Shown piece by piece: positions 9,820 through 18,263 of a stretch of DNA of 64,000 nt (position 1 is the stretch's first letter; each line of letters begins with the position of its first letter). The notes beneath the pieces were generated by a model that was not told the DNA's origin, searched no databases, and was given only the letters and a program-made list of their open reading frames with translations. The DNA comes from an uncultured Chthonomonadaceae bacterium (GTDB lineage Bacteria; Armatimonadota; Chthonomonadetes; Chthonomonadales; Chthonomonadaceae), in assembly GCA_963817895.1 (NCBI GenBank), contig CAWFQB010000001.1, positions 1,120,001 through 1,184,000 on the forward strand. Direction: 5' to 3'. Both the position numbers and the translations under genes were made by a program.

Positions 9820-10785
9820 ATGGTTATCGTTTGTGGCGGATTGGCCGATAGCGTGACGGAATTAGTATGTGCCCGGTTGATGGACTGCGGTTATCCTTAT
9901 CGCTTGCTTGATTTGCTAAACTATCCGCATGAATTTCAGATCAAATGGCACTGGCAAGGATCCGGTCCCTGTGGCTACATTGCCGGTCCCGATTGGAAAG
10001 TCGATCTGGAAGAGATAACCGGTCTGTATATCCGCTATCTGGGTCTGGAAGGTCGCAGTCCACCGCCCAACATCGCCGAGGAGGCCGCGCTGGCGCTGTA
10101 TTCAGAGTATGATACGGGCCTGATGATGTTAATAGAGGATTTGCCATGCGCGGTGGTTAACCGTTTCGGAGGCGGTATGTCCAACCACAGCAAGACTTAT
10201 CAGGCGCTGTTGGTACGCCAATGTGGTTTGCTGACGCCTCCTACGCTTGTTACCAATGACCCGGACGAGGCGCAGCGCTTCTACGCGGATTTTCACGGCG
10301 AGATTATCTACAAGTCCTTGAGCGGCATACGCTCTATCGTACGGCGACTGGAGGCACAAGAGTTGGACCGCCTGGCTTTGCTGCGCTACGGTCCGGCCCA
10401 GTTTCAATCCTTTATCCCAGGAGACAATATCCGCGTACATACCGTAGGCGAACAGTTATTCGCCACCCGAGTGCGTTCCGGCGCTGTGGATTATCGTTAT
10501 GCCACCCGCGAAGGACACAATGTGGAGATGGAACCTACGATATTACCGCCGGCTATCGCGGAGGCGTGCCTGCGCCTTGCGCGCGAGTTGGATCTATTAC
10601 TGACGGGGATTGACCTCAAAGAGACGCCAGAGGGTGACTACTATTGCTTCGAGGTGAATCCGTCTCCCGGTTTCTTGTATTATGAAAAATATACCGGTCA
10701 GCCGATTAGCGCTGCCCTTGCCGATCTACTACACAATGGTTTACAACCGGTATCCCACGAGGAGAAGAGGACGCCTATGCGCTGA
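9820..10785 (+). CDS. RimK/graspetide-synthetase-like ATP-grasp ligase
   Basis: GGAGG RBS; 'SNHSKTYQ', 'PPTLVTND', 'IIYKSLSG', 'FQSFIPG', 'IRVHTVG', 'VDYRY', 'GIDL', 'FEVNPSPGF'. Confidence 0.9.
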   Translation: MVIVCGGLADSVTELVCARLMDCGYPYRLLDLLNYPHEFQIKWHWQGSGPCGYIAGPDWKVDLEEITGLYIRYLGLEGRSPPPNIAEEAALALYSEYDTGLMMLIEDLPCAVVNRFGGGMSNHSKTYQALLVRQCGLLTPPTLVTNDPDEAQRFYADFHGEIIYKSLSGIRSIVRRLEAQELDRLALLRYGPAQFQSFIPGDNIRVHTVGEQLFATRVRSGAVDYRYATREGHNVEMEPTILPPAIAEACLRLARELDLLLTGIDLKETPEGDYYCFEVNPSPGFLYYEKYTGQPISAALADLLHNGLQPVSHEEKRTPMR

Positions 10786-10865
10786 ATATGTTAGTCGCGC
10801 GAGAACCCCGTTCGTCATGCGAGAATTCGCAACATAAACCAAAGAGGATAAAGGAGAACATGAGA

Positions 10866-11366
10866 ATGGCAAAATCTAGTGAAGGCGCGGAAGGCACAAA
10901 CGCCGAGGCCAAACAGCCCTTCGTGTCACAGGAAGACCGTCCTGACGTGCGTATTGATCCCAACTCGCCACTCAGCGAGTTGCGTGTGCGGGACCTGTCG
11001 GTCATTCTGGCTTCGTTGGTGGGCAAGAACCCCAACTTCGAGGTGGGCAGTTCCCCGTCGAAGAACTTCTTCGATAAAGACTTCCCGGAAGTCGCCAAAA
11101 ACTGGGTCAAAGAGGCCAAGAGCGAGAAGTTCGAGACCAAGGAGGGCAAGGAGGGCAAAGAGGGCAAAGAGGGCAAGCACGAGAAGATCGAGGCCAAAGA
11201 GGGCAAGCACGAGAAGATCGAACACGAAGGAGTGTTTAATCCTGGAAACTTTGTGGAGCCGGATCCCAGAATGAGGCAGATTATCCAGGCCATGACAGGG
11301 CTGACGATGCAGGTGAACCAGCTCACCAATCAAGTGGAGGAGTTGCGCAAGAAAAGTTCGGGCTAA
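10866..11366 (+). CDS. Lys/Glu-repeat protein with a C-terminal coiled coil; putative ATP-grasp substrate/precursor
   Basis: AAGGAG RBS at 10851-10856, 9 nt before ATG 10866. Core KEAKSEKFET-KEGKEGKEG-KEGKHEKIEA-KEGKHEKIEH; heptad-like tail IIQAMTGLTMQVNQLTNQVEELRKK. Confidence 0.75.
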   Translation: MAKSSEGAEGTNAEAKQPFVSQEDRPDVRIDPNSPLSELRVRDLSVILASLVGKNPNFEVGSSPSKNFFDKDFPEVAKNWVKEAKSEKFETKEGKEGKEGKEGKHEKIEAKEGKHEKIEHEGVFNPGNFVEPDPRMRQIIQAMTGLTMQVNQLTNQVEELRKKSSG

Positions 11367-11390
11367 ACGTCATTCGAAACCGTTCAATCA

Positions 11391-11499
11391 CTAAGTAGCC
11401 AGCCGTTGAAGGTTCGTAGTTTTTGAGATATAGAATCTACGAACAATGACCGGGCGGCTACTTAGATGGCGGCTTTTGCATAAATGCAGAAGCCGCCAT
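11391..11499 (+). terminator. Two tandem stem-loops after the ATP-grasp operon (probable terminator or RNA-stabilising element)
   Basis: CTAAGTAGCC...GGCTACTTAG (11391-11465, inner TTCGTAG/CTACGAA), then ATGGCGGCTTTTGCA-TAAA-TGCAGAAGCCGCCAT (11466-11499). Confidence 0.55.
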
Positions 11500-11695
11500 G
11501 TCAGCGTAAGACAGCCTTTTTAAATGTATACTGTTTTGAACTTTCAGGTTCATAGTATAACCATTTTCAAGTCAGAGGTCAACATAATTCTGCCGGTATC
11601 AAGGCGATAATGAACTCTGGAGTTGTAGAGGGTTCCACTAAATATCTGCCGCGCGTATCCTGCGGACTCATATACTCTTTTGTCTACAGATTGAA

Positions 11696-11938
11696 AGTTT
11701 CTACCCTCATCCGGGCTTCGCCCACCTTCTCCCTGCAAGGGAGAAGGCTAAATTATAAGCGTGGCGCGATTTTATTCGGTTGGCCGGACTGCAAGTTGGA
11801 TTCATGGAGTACCTGTTGACAATCCTTCCGTGTAAATTTTACCGGCAAGAGAAGATTCCCAATTACGAACGACGTGAACAATTTAGCCTTCTCCCTTGCA
11901 GGGAGAAGGTGGGCGAAGCCCGGATGAGGGTAGAAACT
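11696..11938. repeat. Perfect 59-bp inverted repeat pair (REP doublet/REPIN-like) with a 125-bp spacer
   Basis: 11696-11754 is the exact reverse complement of 11880-11938. Each arm contains the hairpin CCTTCTCCCTGCAAGGGAGAAGG. Confidence 0.85.
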
Positions 11939-11954
11939 CCCAACAACGCAACCC

Positions 11955-14399
11955 CTACGCGCCCCACACCCGCGCCAACACCGCCTTGATTTTCGCTTCA
12001 AACAGCCGTATCAGTTCCCGGTTCCCCGCCACCAGTCGCTGCTCCGCCTCAATCTCCGCCACGATTGCTTTTTGCGTTTCCAAAACTGGCAGAGGAATTT
12101 TAATAGAATTGAGTGCCTGCTGATTGAGTTTAGGTTGAGCCGAACCTGTCACAAAGTTTTCTATTGGAATAGAGTTTATGTACTCTTCGACGTACTTCTG
12201 CGTTGCTTTATCTGCAAATCGCAGCACATGAGCATGGTTGTTTACCCACACCTTTCCAGAAACCGAAAAGGCAATTGATGTTGTACGCGCTAGAAGATTT
12301 GCTCCATCTTCTGAAACAAGAAGTAAATCCTCATCAAAGATGAAATCAGCAACGTAGTCAACAATTCCTGAAGCACCATAGTAAGGGTATGGGCCGGGTA
12401 CACGATCATCCTTTGTGATTGGAACCCGCTTTGAGTCCAAGTTTTCGCATGTATCAGCCAACTCCACTATCGGCCAATCCGGGCTTATCAAAATCCGGGG
12501 CTTGTAGTTCTCGACCACCTGCCGCGCCCCGTCAATGATCTGCTGATAGCCTTCAATTTCCGCAACGATTTCCTGCTGCACATCCAGCGGCGGTATCGGT
12601 ATTCGGATACTTTCCACATCCGCTTGATTTATACTTGGATAGGCTCCCTTGCCCATCATTCCAATCATCTGGTCTATGCTTTGAGGAGATCGTAGTATTG
12701 AAATCAAAAACTCTGGCTTTACCACATTCGGCTTTGATCTTAGCACAGCAAAGCCCGTAGAAACGACAGTTCGCTCAGGAAGACTATGCAGTAATGTAAA
12801 TGCCTTTAGATTGGGTCTTACTGTTGAGAGAAGAACATCATTCTGCGTAACTTTTCGCCTTGCGCGACTTGGCGCTTCGTTGCTTATTATCGGAGTTCCT
12901 CCATTGAAGCAGCCCGTTTCATTTTCCACTGAAGAAATATCAATGTAGTTAATCTCCTGATTAGGGAAGGCTTCGGCAGGATTGATACTCCCAGGATTCA
13001 CCTCACAAACCGATTTCAACGTGACAAGTTCGTATTTAGAAGCTACAGATGTTGAGGCAAGATAGCGATCTGCGGTGAATTTATAATCGCCGCTTGCTGC
13101 AATTTTAGACTTGGGTACGACGTTGAGAGTACGGGAGTTTTCGGGCAGGAACAGGGTTTGATTGCGAAGGCTTTCCATCCATGCTTTTAGATGTTGGGCG
13201 GCGGTGGGGAGGTCGTTGGCTTCCGTTGCCCTGCGCTGCGCGCCCAAACCGAAGCCGTCGCTTTCGATCTTCACGAACAGAATGGAATCCGACGCTTTCG
13301 CCAGTTTGCGATCCATGATGAGAACGGAGGTTTTCACGCCGCTGTAGGGCTGAAACACACCGGCGGGGAGGGACACGACGGCCACGAGATAGTTCTTGAC
13401 CAGCATTTCGCGCAGTTGTTTGTACGCCGTGCCGGATTGGAAAATCACGCCTTCCGGCACGATGATGCCCGCGCGTCCGTTGGGCGACAGGTGTTCCGCG
13501 ATGTAGTCCACGAACAGGACTTCGCTGCGATTGGACTGCACCCCGAACCGCTTGTGCGGGCGGATGCCGCCTTTTGGCGACATGAACGGCGGATTGGCGA
13601 GGATCACGTCCGCGTGTTCGTTCCATTTTTCGTCACTGGTCAAGGTGTCGTACTCTTCGATATGCGGGTTGGAAAAGCCGTGCAGGTACAGGTTCACGAG
13701 GGACAGGCGCACCATGTCGGGCGAAATGTCGTAGCCGGTGATGTGTTCCGCCAGCCTGGCCCGCTCGTCGGGCGTCAGCAGGTCGCCGGGACGATGGCTG
13801 GTGTTCGCTTTGAGAATGTGCTTGTAGGAGGAGATGAGGAAGCCCGCCGTGCCGCAGGCCGGGTCCAGAATCGTCTCGTGCTTCTGGGGCGCAACCACAT
13901 TGACGATGAATTCGATGATGTGGCGCGGCGTCCGAAATTGCCCCGCGTCCCCCTGGCTGCCCAACACGGACAGCAGGTACTCGAAGGCATCTCCCAACCG
14001 CTCCGAATGGTCGTAGCTGAAGCCGTTGATCTCCTTCACGAACGCCCGCAGGGTTTCCGGGTCGCGATAGGGCAGATAGGCGTTCTTGAAAATGTCCCGA
14101 AACAGGCCGGGAATACCCGGATTGGCGGGCATTTTCTGAATGGCCTCGGAGTACAGGTTCAGCACATCGTAGCCGCCCAGTGTCGGCGACATCAGTTTGG
14201 CCCACCCGTAACGGGCGAACTCGCCCGCAAAGAACGTCCGCTCGCCGCCGAACTCTTCCGCTTCCGCGTCCATGTCGTCCATGAACTTGTAAATCAGGGC
14301 GATGGTGATCTGTTCCACCTGTGATTTGGGGTCGGGAACTTTGCCCACCAGAATATCGCGGCAACTGTCAATGCGGCGTTTCGTCTCGGCATCCAGCAT
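11955..14399 (-). CDS. hsdM: Type I restriction-modification HsdM-HsdS fusion (N6-adenine methyltransferase plus two TRDs)
   Basis: GQFRTPRHI, ILDPACGTAGF and NPPF motifs, followed by HsdS-type conserved repeats 'IPIPPLDVQQEIVAEIE' and 'IPLPVLETQKAIVAEIE'. Confidence 0.92.
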   Translation of the reverse strand: MLDAETKRRIDSCRDILVGKVPDPKSQVEQITIALIYKFMDDMDAEAEEFGGERTFFAGEFARYGWAKLMSPTLGGYDVLNLYSEAIQKMPANPGIPGLFRDIFKNAYLPYRDPETLRAFVKEINGFSYDHSERLGDAFEYLLSVLGSQGDAGQFRTPRHIIEFIVNVVAPQKHETILDPACGTAGFLISSYKHILKANTSHRPGDLLTPDERARLAEHITGYDISPDMVRLSLVNLYLHGFSNPHIEEYDTLTSDEKWNEHADVILANPPFMSPKGGIRPHKRFGVQSNRSEVLFVDYIAEHLSPNGRAGIIVPEGVIFQSGTAYKQLREMLVKNYLVAVVSLPAGVFQPYSGVKTSVLIMDRKLAKASDSILFVKIESDGFGLGAQRRATEANDLPTAAQHLKAWMESLRNQTLFLPENSRTLNVVPKSKIAASGDYKFTADRYLASTSVASKYELVTLKSVCEVNPGSINPAEAFPNQEINYIDISSVENETGCFNGGTPIISNEAPSRARRKVTQNDVLLSTVRPNLKAFTLLHSLPERTVVSTGFAVLRSKPNVVKPEFLISILRSPQSIDQMIGMMGKGAYPSINQADVESIRIPIPPLDVQQEIVAEIEGYQQIIDGARQVVENYKPRILISPDWPIVELADTCENLDSKRVPITKDDRVPGPYPYYGASGIVDYVADFIFDEDLLLVSEDGANLLARTTSIAFSVSGKVWVNNHAHVLRFADKATQKYVEEYINSIPIENFVTGSAQPKLNQQALNSIKIPLPVLETQKAIVAEIEAEQRLVAGNRELIRLFEAKIKAVLARVWGA

Positions 14400-14568
14400 A
14401 AAATAAAACTCTCCTTCAACATATCATTCAGCAACAGTATACGCCAGTATGAAGGAGAATGTCTGTTTGAAAGCCTGAATTTTCTTCCGGCTTGCCTTGA
14501 CAATTGGCGGCGTTGTGCCATACTAATGTTGTCACTATGCGCGCGCCTGCACTTCTGAGGATGGAAAT

Positions 14569-14778
14569 ATGCCTGTCTCAAACCTTGATAAAAAAGTCTC
14601 GCCTGAACTCGCGCCCGCTGTTCCAGACCTTGACCGACTGGAAGAAGAAGCCGATGAGTGTGAGTGGGAGAAGAAGTTTGCAGCTACACCTGACGAGAAA
14701 CTCAACAAACTCGTCGAGAAGGTTCGCGCCACTATTGAAGCAGGAAAGACCGGCCCACTGGACTTTACAAACAGATGA
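14569..14778 (+). CDS. Putative type II antitoxin
   Basis: 69-aa acidic ORF (DECEWEKKFA...IEAGKTGPL) whose stop overlaps the toxin start (ATGA). Confidence 0.65.
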   Translation: MPVSNLDKKVSPELAPAVPDLDRLEEEADECEWEKKFAATPDEKLNKLVEKVRATIEAGKTGPLDFTNR

Positions 14779-15056
14779 TTTCGCGGACTACGGATGAATT
14801 CTGGGAGTGCTACGATGGATTGCCTGAGCCTGCGCGTAACACAGCCAAACGGAATTATGCGCTATGGTCGCTGGATCATTTTCATCCAAGTCTGCATTTC
14901 AAGTGCGTCAAAGATACTGTTCCCCCGCTTTACTCCGTAAGGGTCGGATTGCATTATCGCGCTTTGGGGTTGAGGGACAAAACGGTAGAAGATACCATTA
15001 CATGGTTTTGGATAGGCACACACGCGGAATACGATAAACTCATTGATAGTTTATGA
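14775..15056 (+). CDS. RelE/ParE-like toxin
   Basis: 'FWECYDGLPE', 'HPSLHFK', 'SVRVGLHYRALG', 'WFWIGTHAEYDKL'. Confidence 0.85.
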   Translation: MISRTTDEFWECYDGLPEPARNTAKRNYALWSLDHFHPSLHFKCVKDTVPPLYSVRVGLHYRALGLRDKTVEDTITWFWIGTHAEYDKLIDSL

Positions 15057-15074
15057 GGCATTCGGGGTTGAGGG

Positions 15075-17633
15075 TTACGCGAAGGTATTCAGCGGCACGT
15101 AATCTTTGATGTATTCGGGAATTCGGGTACGCCATTCCAGCGGCACGGCGCGGAAGTCCGCCATGCTGAAGGCGGGGTTTGTGTTCAGATCGGCAATGCG
15201 GCGGCTGTCCAGTGTTTGCTGTAGGCGCTTATCCGTGACATACGCCTTGAAGAAATAGCGCATGGCGGCAACCGCGTCCGCTTCCTGTATCGGGTTGGTC
15301 AGCAGAAACTTTTCGAATTCCTCGTCCAGCAGCTCCTCTTTGGTTTTGAAGCGCATGATACGCCCGAACGCTTTTTCCAGAATCTCGCGCAACCCCAATC
15401 GCCGATCCACGCCCGCCGCGCGGCGCAGTTTGTCCAGCGTGAAAAACTCTTCCGGCCTGTCCAGCAGGTTGTCGGTGACATACTGTACCGCCTGTTCCCA
15501 CCGTTCATCGGCGACAATCGCCTGTAACCCGGCATCTTCGGTCACGGTCGTCTCGAACTTTTGGAACAGCATCCGGTCAACCCTCATGCCCTCCAGCCCG
15601 ATGCGCTGCTCGCCAAGCCGCGTCAACTCGTCGGGCGCGACGTTCTCATAAAAGCCGCCCGTTGTAACCACGCGACCCGTTTCCCGTTCCCTCGGCTCGC
15701 CATCGCCCACTGGGGGCAGTTTCAGAACCTCATCGTAATCGAACTTTGCCTCGAAATACTCGCATACGGCAAAGAAGTCGAACAGCTTGTAGCGCGTTTT
15801 CTCCACAAGCGGGGAGTCCGTTAGTTCCACCTTCAGTTCGGCGTCATGCAGTTGTTTCAGGAAATTGTGCCGCCGCGTTCCGCGCCCCTTGATCTGTACG
15901 AACTCGGACGGCGAGTAGACGGGGCGCATCAGGGCAAGATTGAGAATGTCGGGGCAGTCGTAGCCCGTCGTCATCATGCCGACCGTGACGCAAATTCGCG
16001 CCTTGCTGGTTTTATACGCTTCGAGAAAATTACCTGCGCCCATTAGTTTGTTGTCGGTGAAGTTGAGGGTATACTGCTGCGCCCCGGCGATTTGCGATGT
16101 GACCTGTACGGCAAAATCCGATTGATACTTGCCGGGAAACATCCGGTCGGCGATCTCATTGAGCATCTGCGCCAGTTTCGCCGCGTGGTTCTGGCTGACG
16201 GCAAACACCAGCGTCTTGCCGATTTCATCGCTGATGGGATCGCGCAGGGCGTTTTGCAGCAGGGTTTCGCAAAACAGGCGATTGGTAGGCTCGGAAAAGA
16301 ATGTCCGCTCGAAGTCTTTGGTCACGAACCGCTGCTCGCTTTTTTCCGGCCCGTTGTTTTCGGCGTCCGCTTCGGCCTCTTTCGCTATTGCTGCCACAAA
16401 CCCTTTTTCCGACAATATTCGCGTGGTGATGTTCGTGCGCGCGTCCACGACAACCGGGTTAATCAGATATTCGTCGCGGACGCCATCCAGCAGCGAGTAC
16501 CGGAACGTCGGCTCGCCCAAATCGCAGCCGAACGTTTTGTACGTATCCAGCAGATGCCGCCGCTCCGTTTCGCGCGCGTCCCCGTTCGCCCCTGCCTCGA
16601 AACGGCGCAGGTAGTCTTTCGGCGTTGCGGTCAATCCCAGTTTCGCGCCAACAAAATATTCAAACCCGGCCCGTGCGTTGCCGCTGATGGAACGGTGGGC
16701 TTCGTCCGAAATGACAAGATCGAAATCCGTCGGCGCGAACAGCGTTTTGTATTTGTTGTTGAACAGCAGGGATTGTACCGTCGTTACAACAATCTCCGCC
16801 TTGCGCCAGTCGTCGCGCTGCTGCTTGTAAATCACAGACTGGTAATCGTTTTTCAGCAGTTCTCCAAACGCTTTCTGCGCCTGGTCTTCCAGTTCCAGCC
16901 GGTCTACGAGGAACAGGGCGCGTTTGGCGTTGCCGGTGCGCAGAAACAGTTTCAGAATGGCGGCGGAAGTGAGCGTTTTGCCTGTACCCGTCGCCATTTC
17001 CAGCAGAAACCGATCCCTGCCGTCTTTCGCCGCCTGCTGTAGAGCAAACAGCGCGTTCAGTTGATAGGGGCGCAAAAACCGCAGCCGGTTCTTTTCCACA
17101 AAGGCCGCGCGCTCGTCCGGGTTTTTCCAGCCCGCGTCTTCCTCATAACCGGGCATCTGCGTCCGGGCAATATAGTCGTCGGCAATCGCTTCGACTGCCA
17201 GTTTCGCCATATCCGGCTCAAACGCGGTTCGGGCTTGCAGGGCATTGGGAGTGGGAAACGCGGCAATGATATGCGGATTGCCCTGCATCAAATCCCAAAA
17301 ATAGTGGAGGTTGCCGTTGGACAGCAGCACGAAGCGGCAGTTCAGCGATTTCGCGTACTTACGCGCCTGTTCTTTGCCGACAAGCGGGTTTTTGTCTTCC
17401 GCTTTGGCTTCCAGCACAATAAACGGAAAGCCTTTCGCGTCCAGCAGGAGAAAATCCACGAACCCGTTTGTGGACGTGTCGAAGTTGTCGCCCATGCTGT
17501 CCACTCTGCCGGGCGTCAGTTTCACGTTTGGTTCCAGCGTGATGTTGGCCTTGCCGTCCGGCTCGTCGAAGAAGCGCCAACCCGCCTGTTCCAGCAGTTT
17601 ATTGATTTTGATACGCGCTTTCGCTTCTTTCAC
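15075..17633 (-). CDS. hsdR: Type I restriction endonuclease subunit R
   Basis: Nuclease motif 'VDFLL...LEAK', Walker A MATGTGKT, DEAH box, 'GLTATP', 'TTGYDCP', 'QIKGRGTR'. Probable GTG start at 17633. Confidence 0.92.
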   Translation of the reverse strand: MKEAKARIKINKLLEQAGWRFFDEPDGKANITLEPNVKLTPGRVDSMGDNFDTSTNGFVDFLLLDAKGFPFIVLEAKAEDKNPLVGKEQARKYAKSLNCRFVLLSNGNLHYFWDLMQGNPHIIAAFPTPNALQARTAFEPDMAKLAVEAIADDYIARTQMPGYEEDAGWKNPDERAAFVEKNRLRFLRPYQLNALFALQQAAKDGRDRFLLEMATGTGKTLTSAAILKLFLRTGNAKRALFLVDRLELEDQAQKAFGELLKNDYQSVIYKQQRDDWRKAEIVVTTVQSLLFNNKYKTLFAPTDFDLVISDEAHRSISGNARAGFEYFVGAKLGLTATPKDYLRRFEAGANGDARETERRHLLDTYKTFGCDLGEPTFRYSLLDGVRDEYLINPVVVDARTNITTRILSEKGFVAAIAKEAEADAENNGPEKSEQRFVTKDFERTFFSEPTNRLFCETLLQNALRDPISDEIGKTLVFAVSQNHAAKLAQMLNEIADRMFPGKYQSDFAVQVTSQIAGAQQYTLNFTDNKLMGAGNFLEAYKTSKARICVTVGMMTTGYDCPDILNLALMRPVYSPSEFVQIKGRGTRRHNFLKQLHDAELKVELTDSPLVEKTRYKLFDFFAVCEYFEAKFDYDEVLKLPPVGDGEPRERETGRVVTTGGFYENVAPDELTRLGEQRIGLEGMRVDRMLFQKFETTVTEDAGLQAIVADERWEQAVQYVTDNLLDRPEEFFTLDKLRRAAGVDRRLGLREILEKAFGRIMRFKTKEELLDEEFEKFLLTNPIQEADAVAAMRYFFKAYVTDKRLQQTLDSRRIADLNTNPAFSMADFRAVPLEWRTRIPEYIKDYVPLNTFA

Positions 17634-17640
17634 TGAATTG

Positions 17641-17688
17641 CCCTCAACCCCCAGCCCCTTCTCCCAAAAAAGCCTGGGAGAAGGGGAG
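17641..17688. repeat. REP-like hairpin repeat (CCCCTTCTCCC...GGGAGAAGGGG family)
   Basis: Related copies at about 20631-20680, 53081-53124 and 55101-55148. Confidence 0.75.
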
Positions 17689-17894
17689 TCTTCTGGAATA
17701 GACTCTAAACGCTGACACCCGGAAGCGGAAACCAACAACCGCCTCTGTAGGATGAATTCGCCTTGATTGACCTGTTTCCCTGCCCGCCTGCCATTGGCGT
17801 TTATTTGCGTTCATTCGCGGCTGTTTTCCGGTGCGCGGGCAGCAAAAAGCCCGCGCCAACTTTTGAGCAGTTGACGCGGGCCATTGGGCGAATT

Positions 17895-18167
17895 TTACTC
17901 CGGGGCTTGATGGAGTTCGCCGTCAATGATCTCGTCCAGAATATGCTCCGGGGAACTGTCGTCCGTGTCTGTGAGTCTGGCAAGCGCCTGCACGTCCTCA
18001 TCGCTGAGGGTTCCGTCCTGAATGGCGAAAATCTGCGCGGACATGGCGCGTAAATCTTCCAGCCGTATCGTCAGCGACTCCATTTCTTCGCTCAACTCGG
18101 TGATGTGCAGGTCAATCTGACCCGCCAGATGTAAAATCGCTTCCACACGCTGCTGATTCAATGCCAT
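17895..18167 (-). CDS. Small acidic coiled-coil hypothetical protein
   Basis: AAGGAG RBS before MALNQQ; last gene of the minus-strand glycosyltransferase operon. Confidence 0.6.
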   Translation of the reverse strand: MALNQQRVEAILHLAGQIDLHITELSEEMESLTIRLEDLRAMSAQIFAIQDGTLSDEDVQALARLTDTDDSSPEHILDEIIDGELHQAPE

Positions 18168-18263
18168 AGTAGTCTCCTTGTGGTTGGTGGTTGGTGGTTG
18201 GTGACTGGTTGAAAGTCTAACTGCCGCAAAGCGCTTCCATAACGGAAAAACACCAACCACCAG

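Noticed and set aside
13191..17042. Long plus-strand ORFs 13191-14324 and 16092-17042
   Set aside because: Antisense shadows of hsdM and hsdR.
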